Notes: a model not told the origin generated them from the sequence alone. A stretch of 10,590 bases of DNA from Candidatus Eiseniibacteriota bacterium (GCA_034440375.1 JAWXBZ010000220.1:1-10590), one strand, 5' to 3'; counted from the stretch's first letter, positions 1 to 7,946 are shown. Made by a program: numbers and translations.

Positions 1-94
1 CTATATATATTACCGGGCTCCGCCTCACGCTTCCTGAAATCGCGACCGGGGGGACCCCAACCCCACACTTCTGGGCCCATCCCCCCGCCCCCGC

Positions 95-100
95 TAGACT
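95..100 (+). promoter_or_regulatory. Candidate sigma70-type -10 element (TAGACT) for the ATP-grasp cluster
   Basis: TAGACT keeps the T-A...T anchor bases and ends 39 nt before ATG 140. GAGGT at 123-127 is a possible RBS, though the 12-nt spacing is long. No convincing -35 box. Confidence 0.3.
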
Positions 101-139
101 CACCACTCAACCATTCAGCGGCGAGGTCACTCCGGCAGC

Positions 140-1366
140 ATGCCCAATGTCATTTTCGTGGCACCCTATTTTCTTGAGACGACGCTTCGATTCCTTGAGG
201 GGGCGGTCAACCTGCCGGGCGCGCGCATCGGACTGATCAGCACGGATCCTGAATCGAAGCTGCCGCCATCGATTCGCGGCAAACTGGCCGGTCACTTTCA
301 CCTGGATGACTGCCTCAATCCCGCAGAGTTGATTCGCGCCGGGCACGCCTTCCGACACGCGTGGGGCGCGGTGCATGGAATGATCGCGGCGCTGGAGGAA
401 CTCCAGGTGCCGATGGCCGAGGCGCGTGACTCACTTGGAGTCGATGGACTGTCGGTCAAGGCGGCGCATCACTTCCGCGACAAATCGCGGATGAAGGATG
501 TGCTCCGCTCGCATGGGATTCCCTGTGCGCGTCATGCACTGGCGGACGGGGAAGGTGCCGCGCTCGATTTTGCGGCGAGTTGCGGCTATCCACTGGTGGT
601 CAAGCCTCCAGCGGGGGCGGGGGCCCGGAGTACCTGGCGGGTGAACGACGAGGCCGAACTCAAGCGCGCGCTGGCCGCCAATCCGCCGTCGGCGGAGCGC
701 CCGGTGCTGCTGGAGGAGTTCGTCGTCGGCCGGGAGCACTCGTTTGATTCGATAATGGTTGATGGTGAACTTGTCTGGCATTCCATCAGCTGCTACTACC
801 CGACACCGCTGGATGTCCTCGAGAATCCCTGGATCCAGTGGTCCGTGCTCCTGCCCCGGGAGATCGACGGCCCGGAGTTCGACGACATCCGCACAGCGGC
901 CGCGAAGGCGCTCAAGGTGCTGGGCCTCAAGACCGGACTCACGCACATGGAGTGGTTTCGGCGGGATGACGGCTCCATCGCCATTTCGGAGGTGGCCGCT
1001 CGTCCGCCGGGGGCGCAGTTCACCTCGCTCATCTCCTACGCGCACGACCTCGATTTTTACTCCGCCTGGCCGCGGCTCATGGCCCTGAACGTGTTCACGC
1101 CGCCGACCCGTCGCTGGTCCGTGGGGGCTGCCTACCTGCGCGGACAGGGACAGGGGCGCGTCAAGGCCATCCACGGCATCGATGCGGCCAATCGCGAGGT
1201 CGGTCCGCTCGTCGTCGAATCGAAACTGCCGCGCCCCGACGAGAAGCCTTCGGGCAGCTATGAGGGGGAGGGTTACGTCATCCTTCGACATCCGGAAACG
1301 TCGGTCGTGGAGGCGGGACTCAGGACGCTCGTCTCGACGATCCGCGTGGAATTGGGGTCCCAATGA
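140..1366 (+). CDS. ATP-grasp domain protein (carboxylate-amine ligase superfamily), paralog A, 408 aa
   Basis: Classic ATP-grasp motifs: FRDKSRMK, GYPLVVKPPAGAGARST, VLLEEFVVGREHSFD, THMEWF, ISEVAARPPG. It also has an N-terminal Rossmann-like pre-grasp domain and a C-terminal GEGYVILRHP segment. Confidence 0.92.
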   Translation: MPNVIFVAPYFLETTLRFLEGAVNLPGARIGLISTDPESKLPPSIRGKLAGHFHLDDCLNPAELIRAGHAFRHAWGAVHGMIAALEELQVPMAEARDSLGVDGLSVKAAHHFRDKSRMKDVLRSHGIPCARHALADGEGAALDFAASCGYPLVVKPPAGAGARSTWRVNDEAELKRALAANPPSAERPVLLEEFVVGREHSFDSIMVDGELVWHSISCYYPTPLDVLENPWIQWSVLLPREIDGPEFDDIRTAAAKALKVLGLKTGLTHMEWFRRDDGSIAISEVAARPPGAQFTSLISYAHDLDFYSAWPRLMALNVFTPPTRRWSVGAAYLRGQGQGRVKAIHGIDAANREVGPLVVESKLPRPDEKPSGSYEGEGYVILRHPETSVVEAGLRTLVSTIRVELGSQ

Positions 1367-2580
1367 ACGTGCTTTTCGTGTCACCCGGCTTTCCGCCGGA
1401 GATGCCCTTCTTCACCCGCGGCCTCAATTCCGTCGGCGCCCGCGTGATCGGCCTCGGTGATCAACCGGAGGCCGGCATGCCCCAGATGACCCGCGACAAT
1501 CTTTCGGCCTACTTTCGCATCAACGGCTTCGCCGACGAGGCGGCGATGATGAGCGAAGTGGAAAGGATTTCGCGGCAGGTTCGGATCGATCGGATCGAGT
1601 GCCTCTGGGAGCCGATGATGATCCCGGTGGCACGTATCCGCGAAAAGCTTGGGCTACCCGGCATGACCGTGGCTGAAACCATCCCGTTTCGCGACAAGGA
1701 AGTGATGAAGCAGGTACTCGATGCCGCCGGAATCCGAACGCCCCGTCACGACAATGCCACCAGCGTGGCCGAAGCCCGGGTCGCGGCCGAAAAGGTCGGC
1801 TTCCCGCTGGTCATCAAGCCGATAGCCGGTGCCGGATCGGCCGATACCTACAAGTGTTCGACGATGGAAGATCTTGAAAGTGTCTTCCGCAAACTGAAAC
1901 ACATCCCCGAGGTCAGCGTCGAGGAGTTCATCGACGGTGAAGACTTCACCTTCGATACGATCTGCGCTGACGGCAGGGTCCTCTTCGAAAACATCTGCTT
2001 CTATCGACCGCGGGCCCTGATCAGCCGAAACAACGACTGGATCAGCCCCCAGACGGTGGCCATCCGGGACATGGAGGCCGATTGGGTCCGGCCGGGGCGC
2101 GAGATGGGCTACGCCGTGCTGAAGGCGTTGAATTTCCAGACCGGGTTCACCCACATGGAGTGGTACCGAAAGCCCGACGGCGAGGCCGTGTTCGGCGAGA
2201 TCGGCTGCCGTTCTGCCGGCGCGCGCACTGTCGACGCGATGAACTGGGCCGCCGATACGGACAGCTTCAAGAACTGGGCGGAGGCGGTCTGCCATGGCCG
2301 AATCACCGCGCCGCTGGAAAAGAAGTACAACGGCATCGCAATCTTCAAGCGGGCGGAAGGGGAAGGGCGCATCCAGCGGATCGAGGGGCTGGCGCGCCTC
2401 ATGAGCGAAATCGGCCAGCACATTTGCGCCATCGACCTGACGCCGCTCGGGCAGCCCAAGCGCCCCGCCAGCCAGACGCTCATCGGCGATGGTTTCGTCA
2501 TGCTCCGCCATCCGGATCTGAAAACCGCCCTGGAACTGGGTGATCGGGTGTCCACGGAATTGCGGTTGTTCGCGGGATGA
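1363..2580 (+). CDS. ATP-grasp domain protein, paralog B, 405 aa
   Basis: Motifs FRDKEVMK, GFPLVIKPIAGAGSADT, VSVEEFIDGEDFTFD, THMEWY, FGEIGCRSAG and GDGFVMLRHP. ATGA start/stop overlap with paralog A at 1363-1366. Confidence 0.92.
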   Translation: MNVLFVSPGFPPEMPFFTRGLNSVGARVIGLGDQPEAGMPQMTRDNLSAYFRINGFADEAAMMSEVERISRQVRIDRIECLWEPMMIPVARIREKLGLPGMTVAETIPFRDKEVMKQVLDAAGIRTPRHDNATSVAEARVAAEKVGFPLVIKPIAGAGSADTYKCSTMEDLESVFRKLKHIPEVSVEEFIDGEDFTFDTICADGRVLFENICFYRPRALISRNNDWISPQTVAIRDMEADWVRPGREMGYAVLKALNFQTGFTHMEWYRKPDGEAVFGEIGCRSAGARTVDAMNWAADTDSFKNWAEAVCHGRITAPLEKKYNGIAIFKRAEGEGRIQRIEGLARLMSEIGQHICAIDLTPLGQPKRPASQTLIGDGFVMLRHPDLKTALELGDRVSTELRLFAG

Positions 2581-2611
2581 TCGGGCTGCTCAACCTTAAA
2601 TGAGAGAAATT

Positions 2612-3052
2612 ATGCCCCAGCAGCTGACAGCCTTCACCTTCGTCGTCCGCGACTACGACGAGGCCATCCTGTATTTCACCGGCAACCTCGGCTTCGAGCT
2701 CATCGAGGACACGCCGCTCGGCGGTGGAAAGCGCTGGGTACGTGTTCGGCCGGCGGATTCGGCCGGTCCCGATCTGCTGCTGGCGCGAGCCAGCAGCCCG
2801 GAGCAGGAGTCACGCATCGGCAACCAGGCCGGGGGCCGCGTCTTGCTCTTTCTTGAAACCGACGACCTGAATCGTGACTACGAAACCTGGGGGACTCGCG
2901 GCGTCCAATTCACTGAGACCCCGCGTGAGGAACCTTACGGCCGCGTCGTCGTCTTCGAGGATCTGTACGGCAATCGCTGGGACCTGATCGAGCGCCGGGG
3001 CGCACGTCTCCCACACGGGCCGCCGGCCAAACAGGCACCACACACACCATGA
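2612..3052 (+). CDS. VOC (glyoxalase/bleomycin-resistance/extradiol dioxygenase) family protein, about 146 aa
   Basis: Typical small VOC signature: FVVRDYDEAILYFTGNLGFELIED, RWVRVRP, GNQAGGRVLLFLETDD, PREEPYGRVVVFEDLYGNRWDLIE. The start is either ATG 2612 (GAGAG upstream) or ATG 2600. Confidence 0.9.
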   Translation: MPQQLTAFTFVVRDYDEAILYFTGNLGFELIEDTPLGGGKRWVRVRPADSAGPDLLLARASSPEQESRIGNQAGGRVLLFLETDDLNRDYETWGTRGVQFTETPREEPYGRVVVFEDLYGNRWDLIERRGARLPHGPPAKQAPHTP

Positions 3053-3390
3053 CGCCCGCCACGTTTCGCCGCCTCGCCCTTTCCCTCCCCGAGGCGCTCG
3101 AGTTTTCCCACATGAATCACCCCGATTTCCGGGTTCGAGGCAAGGTCTTCGCCTCGCTCGGCTCTCCGGAACAGGATCACGGCACGGTCAAGCTGACACC
3201 GGCACAGCAGGAGGCGGAGATGGCCGAACATCCCGCGGTATTCACTCCGGCTGCCGGCGCCTGGGGCCGACGTGGGTACACGGTGGTCCGTCTGCGGGCT
3301 GCCACGGCGATCAACCTGCGACGCGCGATGCGCGCGGCCTGGCACAATACGGCCCCAACGTCGCTTCGGGACCAGCACGAAGTCAGCTAG
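3049..3390 (+). CDS. MmcQ/YjbR-family (double-wing, putative DNA-binding) protein, 113 aa
   Basis: FRRLALSLPEALEFSHMNHPDFRVRGKVFASL and GAWGRRGYTVVRL match the YjbR/MmcQ pattern. ATGA overlap with the VOC gene. Confidence 0.85.
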   Translation: MTPATFRRLALSLPEALEFSHMNHPDFRVRGKVFASLGSPEQDHGTVKLTPAQQEAEMAEHPAVFTPAAGAWGRRGYTVVRLRAATAINLRRAMRAAWHNTAPTSLRDQHEVS

Positions 3391-3397
3391 CCGGGCA

Positions 3398-3419
3398 TGC
3401 TACGATCCGCGGCCGGAGG
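3398..3419 (+). promoter_or_regulatory. Candidate extended -10 (TG-C-TACGAT, 3398-3406) plus RBS GGAGG (3415-3419) for glgB
   Basis: TGnTAnnAT pattern, followed by GGAGG lying 7 nt before an in-frame TTG at 3427. Confidence 0.4.
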
Positions 3420-3426
3420 CTTTCCG

Positions 3427-5448
3427 TTGACCCGACGCGTACCAGAACTCCCCGACAAGAGTCCGCCCGAGGCGGCCACCCCACCGCCCATCCTCTCCGA
3501 CGACGACATCTATCTCCACTCCGAGGGGACACACCACCGCCTGTACGAAAAGCTTGGCGCGCAAATCTCCGTCCAGAAGGGTGTCGAGGGCGTGTCATTT
3601 GCCGTCTGGGCTCCGGCGGCCGCAAAGGTCAGCGTTGTCGGCAGTTTTAACGGCTGGAAGGCCGATCGACACCCGATGACACCACGCGGCACCAGTGGCC
3701 TCTGGGAAGCCTTCATCCCCGGCCTCCAGCCCGGCGCGCTGTACAAGTATTTCATTCGAAGCCGGATGAACAGCTATTCGGTGGCCAAGGCCGACCCCTG
3801 GGGTTTTCAGATGGAAGTCCGGCCGCTGACCGCCTCGGTCGTGGCGGACCTCTCCCGCTACGTTTGGAATGACCGTGAGTGGATGGCGGCCCGCCGCACC
3901 ACCCAGGCACTCAATCGCCCCCTGTCGATCTACGAGGTTCATCTCGGCTCCTGGAAGCGGGAGGAAAAGACAGGCGCTCCGGATGGGCGATGGCTCACCT
4001 ATCGTGAACTGGCCGAACAGCTCGTCCCGTATGTCAGGGAACTGGGTTTCACCCACATTGAGCTGATGCCCATCACCGAGCATCCGTATGACGGGTCATG
4101 GGGATACCAGATCGTCGGCGCCTTCGCCCCGACCAGCCGATTCGGCACGCCGGATGATTTCCGCCATTTCATCGATGCGGCCCATCAGGCCGGTCTCGGC
4201 GTGATTCTGGACTGGGTGCCCGCCCACTTTCCGAAGGACGAGCATGGCCTCGGCTTCTTCGACGGCACGCATCTCTACGAGCATGCCGATCCGCGCCAGG
4301 GGGAGCACAAGGACTGGGGCACGCTGGTCTACAACTACGGCCGGCGTGAGGTGTCCGGTTTCCTCGTCAACTCGGCCCTCTTCTGGCTTGATCGTTATCA
4401 CATCGACGGCCTCCGGGTGGATGCCGTCGCCTCGATGCTGTACCTCGACTATTCCCGCAACGAAGGGGAGTGGGTGCCGAATCGCTACGGCGGACGCGAG
4501 AACCTCGAAGCCGTGGAGCTCATCAAGGCCGTCAATGTGGTCGTTCACGAACAGTTTCCCGATGTCCTGACCATCGCCGAGGAATCCACCTCCTGGCCGA
4601 TGGTGTCGCGGCCGGTCTACCTGGGAGGCCTCGGCTTCGATCTCAAGTGGAACATGGGGTGGATGCACGACATGCTCGAGTATATGAAGCAGGACCCGGT
4701 CTTCCGCAAGGGTGTGCACGGCAAGCTGACCTTCTCGATCTACTACGCATTCACGGAAAACTTTCTGTTGCCGCTGAGTCATGACGAGGTCGTTCACGGC
4801 AAGGGAAGCCTCGTGAACAAAATGCCCGGCGACTACTGGAAACGCTTCGCCAACCTGCGGGCGCTTATCGCCTACATGTATGCCCACCCGGGCAAGAAGC
4901 TCCTGTTCATGGGATCCGAACTCGCCCAGTGGAAGGAGTGGAATCACGACGGCCAACTCGACTGGATGCTCCTCGACTTCGATCTTCACCGAAAGTTTCA
5001 TGACTTCATGAAGGCCATCAACCGGTTGTACCTTGCCGAACCGTCGCTCTGGCAGGTTGATTTCACCAACGAGGGCTTTCAGTGGATTGATTTCCGCGAC
5101 GTGCAGCAGAGCATCGTGGCGTTCTATCGCAAGGCGATGGATCCCCGGGACCACCTGGTGATGGTGGCAAACTTCACGCCCGTGATGCGCGACTCCTATC
5201 GGATTGGCGTGCCGCATGATGTGAGCTACCGCGTCGCCCTGAACTCGGATGCGGAAATCTTCGGCGGCACGAGCCAGGCGAACGGCAGCGAGCTGGTTCC
5301 CGTGGCCGGCGAGTGGCAGGAACAGCCGCAGTCGATCACGATGTCGCTGCCGCCTCTGGCGGTCGTCTTCCTCACGCCGTCAGCAAACCTCGCATCATTG
5401 GCAGACCCCGCACCCACCGCCGGACGGAAACGAAAGGCGAAAAAATGA
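3427..5448 (+). CDS. glgB: 1,4-alpha-glucan branching enzyme GlgB (GH13, CBM48), short N-terminus type
   Basis: Motifs [41 protein letters not shown]. The catalytic triad is intact in [13 protein letters not shown] (Asp), IAEESTSWP (Glu) and [12 protein letters not shown] (Asp). The ORF opens at ATG 3397, but TTG 3427 has the better RBS. Confidence 0.97.
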   Translation: MTRRVPELPDKSPPEAATPPPILSDDDIYLHSEGTHHRLYEKLGAQISVQKGVEGVSFAVWAPAAAKVSVVGSFNGWKADRHPMTPRGTSGLWEAFIPGLQPGALYKYFIRSRMNSYSVAKADPWGFQMEVRPLTASVVADLSRYVWNDREWMAARRTTQALNRPLSIYEVHLGSWKREEKTGAPDGRWLTYRELAEQLVPYVRELGFTHIELMPITEHPYDGSWGYQIVGAFAPTSRFGTPDDFRHFIDAAHQAGLGVILDWVPAHFPKDEHGLGFFDGTHLYEHADPRQGEHKDWGTLVYNYGRREVSGFLVNSALFWLDRYHIDGLRVDAVASMLYLDYSRNEGEWVPNRYGGRENLEAVELIKAVNVVVHEQFPDVLTIAEESTSWPMVSRPVYLGGLGFDLKWNMGWMHDMLEYMKQDPVFRKGVHGKLTFSIYYAFTENFLLPLSHDEVVHGKGSLVNKMPGDYWKRFANLRALIAYMYAHPGKKLLFMGSELAQWKEWNHDGQLDWMLLDFDLHRKFHDFMKAINRLYLAEPSLWQVDFTNEGFQWIDFRDVQQSIVAFYRKAMDPRDHLVMVANFTPVMRDSYRIGVPHDVSYRVALNSDAEIFGGTSQANGSELVPVAGEWQEQPQSITMSLPPLAVVFLTPSANLASLADPAPTAGRKRKAKK

Positions 5449-6785
5449 TGCCCGGTCGATGTCATGTCGGGGCTGCACTTCTCGCCGTTGGCGTGCTCGT
5501 CCTCATCGGGTCCGTGTATCCGTCGGCGGCGCAGCAAGGGGACACGCGTACCGGCTACAAGAGTTATGCCGAGGCAATGACCGCGTACCGGGTTGGCGAC
5601 ATCAAGAGTTATGCTCTGGGCCTGGCGCGCGCCGATTCGCTCCTGCCGGGGCAGCCGGCCCTCAAGCGACGAATGGCGGGTGCCCTGGCGCGTCTGGGAC
5701 AATACGATGCCGCGGCCGTCTGGCTTACCCGCCTTGCCGCCATGGACGTTCGCTCGAACCTCGAGGCCGACAAGGATCTCGAATCGCTCCGCGGACGCCC
5801 GGAGTACGCCGCCGCGAGTGCCCGACTGGCGGCGCTCGACCGTCCGATCAGCTCCTCGCGCAAATCCGGCGAACTCCCCGAGAAAGGGCTCATCACCGAG
5901 GGGATCGCCTGGGACGAACGGGCCGGCCGCATCTTCGTCAGCAGCGTTCATCAACGAAAGATCGTGAGCCTGGATCAGGGGGAGCAGTACGCCACCTGGG
6001 CTCCGGCTCCCGGCGAATCGCTTCTGGCGCCGCTGGCGATGACGGTGGACCGCGACAATCAATCGCTCTGGGTGACAACGGCGGCCATACCGGAGATGAT
6101 CGGCTTTGACTCGAACATGGAAGGCCGATGCGAACTTCGACGCCTCGACCTGAAAACCGCCCGGACGCTCGGCGCCTGGTCGATCCCCGACACCGGTCGG
6201 GATCACAACCTGAACGATCTGGTGCTGGACGGCCGCGGCCGACTTTTTCTCTCTGACAGTCAGAGCGGGGCGATCTACCGGCTGGCGAACGCCGACGACC
6301 AGGCGCTCGAGATTTTTCTGCCTCGCGGGAGCTTCGGCTCGCCCAACGGGCTGGCGGTCAGCAGTGATGATTCGCGGTTATATGTGGCCGACTACACGCT
6401 GGGCATTTACGTCGTCGACATGGCCGCCGAAATTTCCGGCGCCGCCAGCGGTGCGATCAACCGGCTGGCCGCCCCCGACTCCCTGTGCCTGAATGGCGTC
6501 GACGGGCTGGTTGCGATCAAGGACGGGCTTGTCCTCATTCAGAACGGCATCTCACCGCACCGGATCGTCCGGCTCACGCTCGACCCGACCGGCCGTCGTG
6601 TCACCAGCGTGTTGACTCTCGATCGCGACAATCCGGAATGGGACGAGCCGACCCTTGGTGTGCTGATCGATCAGGAACTCTTCTACAACGCCCGCAGCCA
6701 GTGGGGGCGGGTCCTGCCGGGCGGTGGCATGCCGCCACTTGATTCATTGGCGGCACCGGCGATCATGCAGGTTCGGGTGGAGTAA
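5445..6785 (+). CDS. Exported protein: signal peptide, helical TPR-like region and SMP-30/gluconolactonase/LRE-type six-bladed beta-propeller, about 446 aa
   Basis: ATGA overlap with the glgB stop places the start at 5445, not 5313. Hydrophobic leader [23 protein letters not shown]. Propeller motifs [37 protein letters not shown] and GVDGLV. Confidence 0.8.
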   Translation: MMPGRCHVGAALLAVGVLVLIGSVYPSAAQQGDTRTGYKSYAEAMTAYRVGDIKSYALGLARADSLLPGQPALKRRMAGALARLGQYDAAAVWLTRLAAMDVRSNLEADKDLESLRGRPEYAAASARLAALDRPISSSRKSGELPEKGLITEGIAWDERAGRIFVSSVHQRKIVSLDQGEQYATWAPAPGESLLAPLAMTVDRDNQSLWVTTAAIPEMIGFDSNMEGRCELRRLDLKTARTLGAWSIPDTGRDHNLNDLVLDGRGRLFLSDSQSGAIYRLANADDQALEIFLPRGSFGSPNGLAVSSDDSRLYVADYTLGIYVVDMAAEISGAASGAINRLAAPDSLCLNGVDGLVAIKDGLVLIQNGISPHRIVRLTLDPTGRRVTSVLTLDRDNPEWDEPTLGVLIDQELFYNARSQWGRVLPGGGMPPLDSLAAPAIMQVRVE

Positions 6786-7893
6786 GCGCTTCAGGGGCCG
6801 GGTCCGATTCGGATGACCTGGCGCCTCCAATCTTTCGCGCCCAGCGCAGTCGGGCCGACGCCGACCGGGGATTGCCCCGCCGCTCGGCGACCAGCGGCCG
6901 GATGGCTTCCGTGCTTCCCGCCTCCCACACCCCCTCGGAGAGCCCCTGTGCGATGGCCTCGGCCACCCGTCCATCCTCTCCGCTGTGAAACGACAGGATT
7001 GCGATGCGGCCGCCCGGCGCGAGGCACCAGGGAGCGATGCGCAGCAGGTGTTCAAGCTGTCCCAGTTCGTCGTTAACCGTCATGCGCAGGGCTTGAAAGA
7101 CGCGCGCCGCCGGATGAAGGGCGCCCGGTTCGGCCTGCACCTTCGCCTTCCACTCCTCCGGCGTGATCTTCGCGGCGTGGAAGATCAACTGCACCAGCTG
7201 TTTCGTCCGGGTAAATGGTTCGGCGACGCGCCGCTCCACGATCTTCTTGGCAATGCGCACATGATTCGGTTCATCACCGAAGCGGCGGAAAAGCTCCGAC
7301 AGCTCGTCCTCGGACAGGGTGGCTAAAAGGGAGGCGGCCGACTTCGATCCTCGCCGGTCCATCCTCATGTCGAGCGGTCCGTCAAACTTGTAGCTGAAGC
7401 CTCTCTTCGGATCGTCGAGATGCATGCTCGAGACGCCAAGGTCGGCCAGGATGGCGTCGAACCCTTGAGGCGCCAAATCGGCCTGCACCTTGCCGAGTCC
7501 GGCAAAGTGGCTGCGGACAAACCGGATCGGTGCACCCGGACGCTCCCTTTGGAATCGTTGCCGCGTCCGCTCCAGTTCCGCGTCGTCATGGTCGACGGCC
7601 ACCAGGAACCCGTGGGGCCCCAGCCGATCCAAAAGGGCCGCGGCATGGCCGCCGTGACCAACCGTGGCGTCGACGACGACCTGGCCGGGGGCCAGGTCAA
7701 GGACATCAAGGACCTCATCCAGCATGACCGGCACATGCGAGCCGGCCGGCGTGCGCCCCTGGGCCCGGATGTGGTCGCCAATTTGCGGATACCGATCCGG
7801 ATTCCGCTCCTTGTAGCGGTCGTCGAAGCGCCGGGGATGCGTGCCCCGGTAGCGGGGACGACGAGCCGGCCGAGGCGTTTCGGGGCGGCTCAT
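6763..7893 (-). CDS. rsmH: 16S rRNA m4C1402 methyltransferase RsmH (MraW), long-N-terminus stand-alone type, 376 aa
   Basis: Motifs HVPVMLDEV, VDATVGHGGHA, DLGVSSMHLDDPKRGFSYKFDGPLDMRMD, HPAARVFQALRMTVNDELGQL, SFHSGED and NPRSASARLR. AGGAGG (complement of 7898-7903) precedes ATG 7893, so the longer start at 7956 is less likely. Confidence 0.95.
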   Translation of the reverse strand: MSRPETPRPARRPRYRGTHPRRFDDRYKERNPDRYPQIGDHIRAQGRTPAGSHVPVMLDEVLDVLDLAPGQVVVDATVGHGGHAAALLDRLGPHGFLVAVDHDDAELERTRQRFQRERPGAPIRFVRSHFAGLGKVQADLAPQGFDAILADLGVSSMHLDDPKRGFSYKFDGPLDMRMDRRGSKSAASLLATLSEDELSELFRRFGDEPNHVRIAKKIVERRVAEPFTRTKQLVQLIFHAAKITPEEWKAKVQAEPGALHPAARVFQALRMTVNDELGQLEHLLRIAPWCLAPGGRIAILSFHSGEDGRVAEAIAQGLSEGVWEAGSTEAIRPLVAERRGNPRSASARLRWARKIGGARSSESDPAPEALTPPEPA

Positions 7894-7946
7894 GATTCCT
7901 CCTGCTGGCTGTTCCTTGGAAGCGGCGACGAATGAATGAAGCGGCA

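Noticed and set aside
1-14. CTATATATAT as an NrdR box or microsatellite
   Set aside because: It is truncated at the window edge, matches imperfectly, and no ribonucleotide reductase gene is visible.
140-3390. Graspetide (microviridin-type RiPP) cluster, suggested by two tandem ATP-grasp genes
   Set aside because: The proteins have a ~400-aa L-amino-acid-ligase/carboxylase-like architecture rather than the RimK-like graspetide type. No precursor peptide with PFFARFL or TxKxPSD-like repeats is visible in the window.
5313-5444. Upstream extension of the propeller ORF to 5313
   Set aside because: It would overlap glgB by more than 130 nt and bury the signal peptide. The ATGA overlap at 5445 is a far better start.
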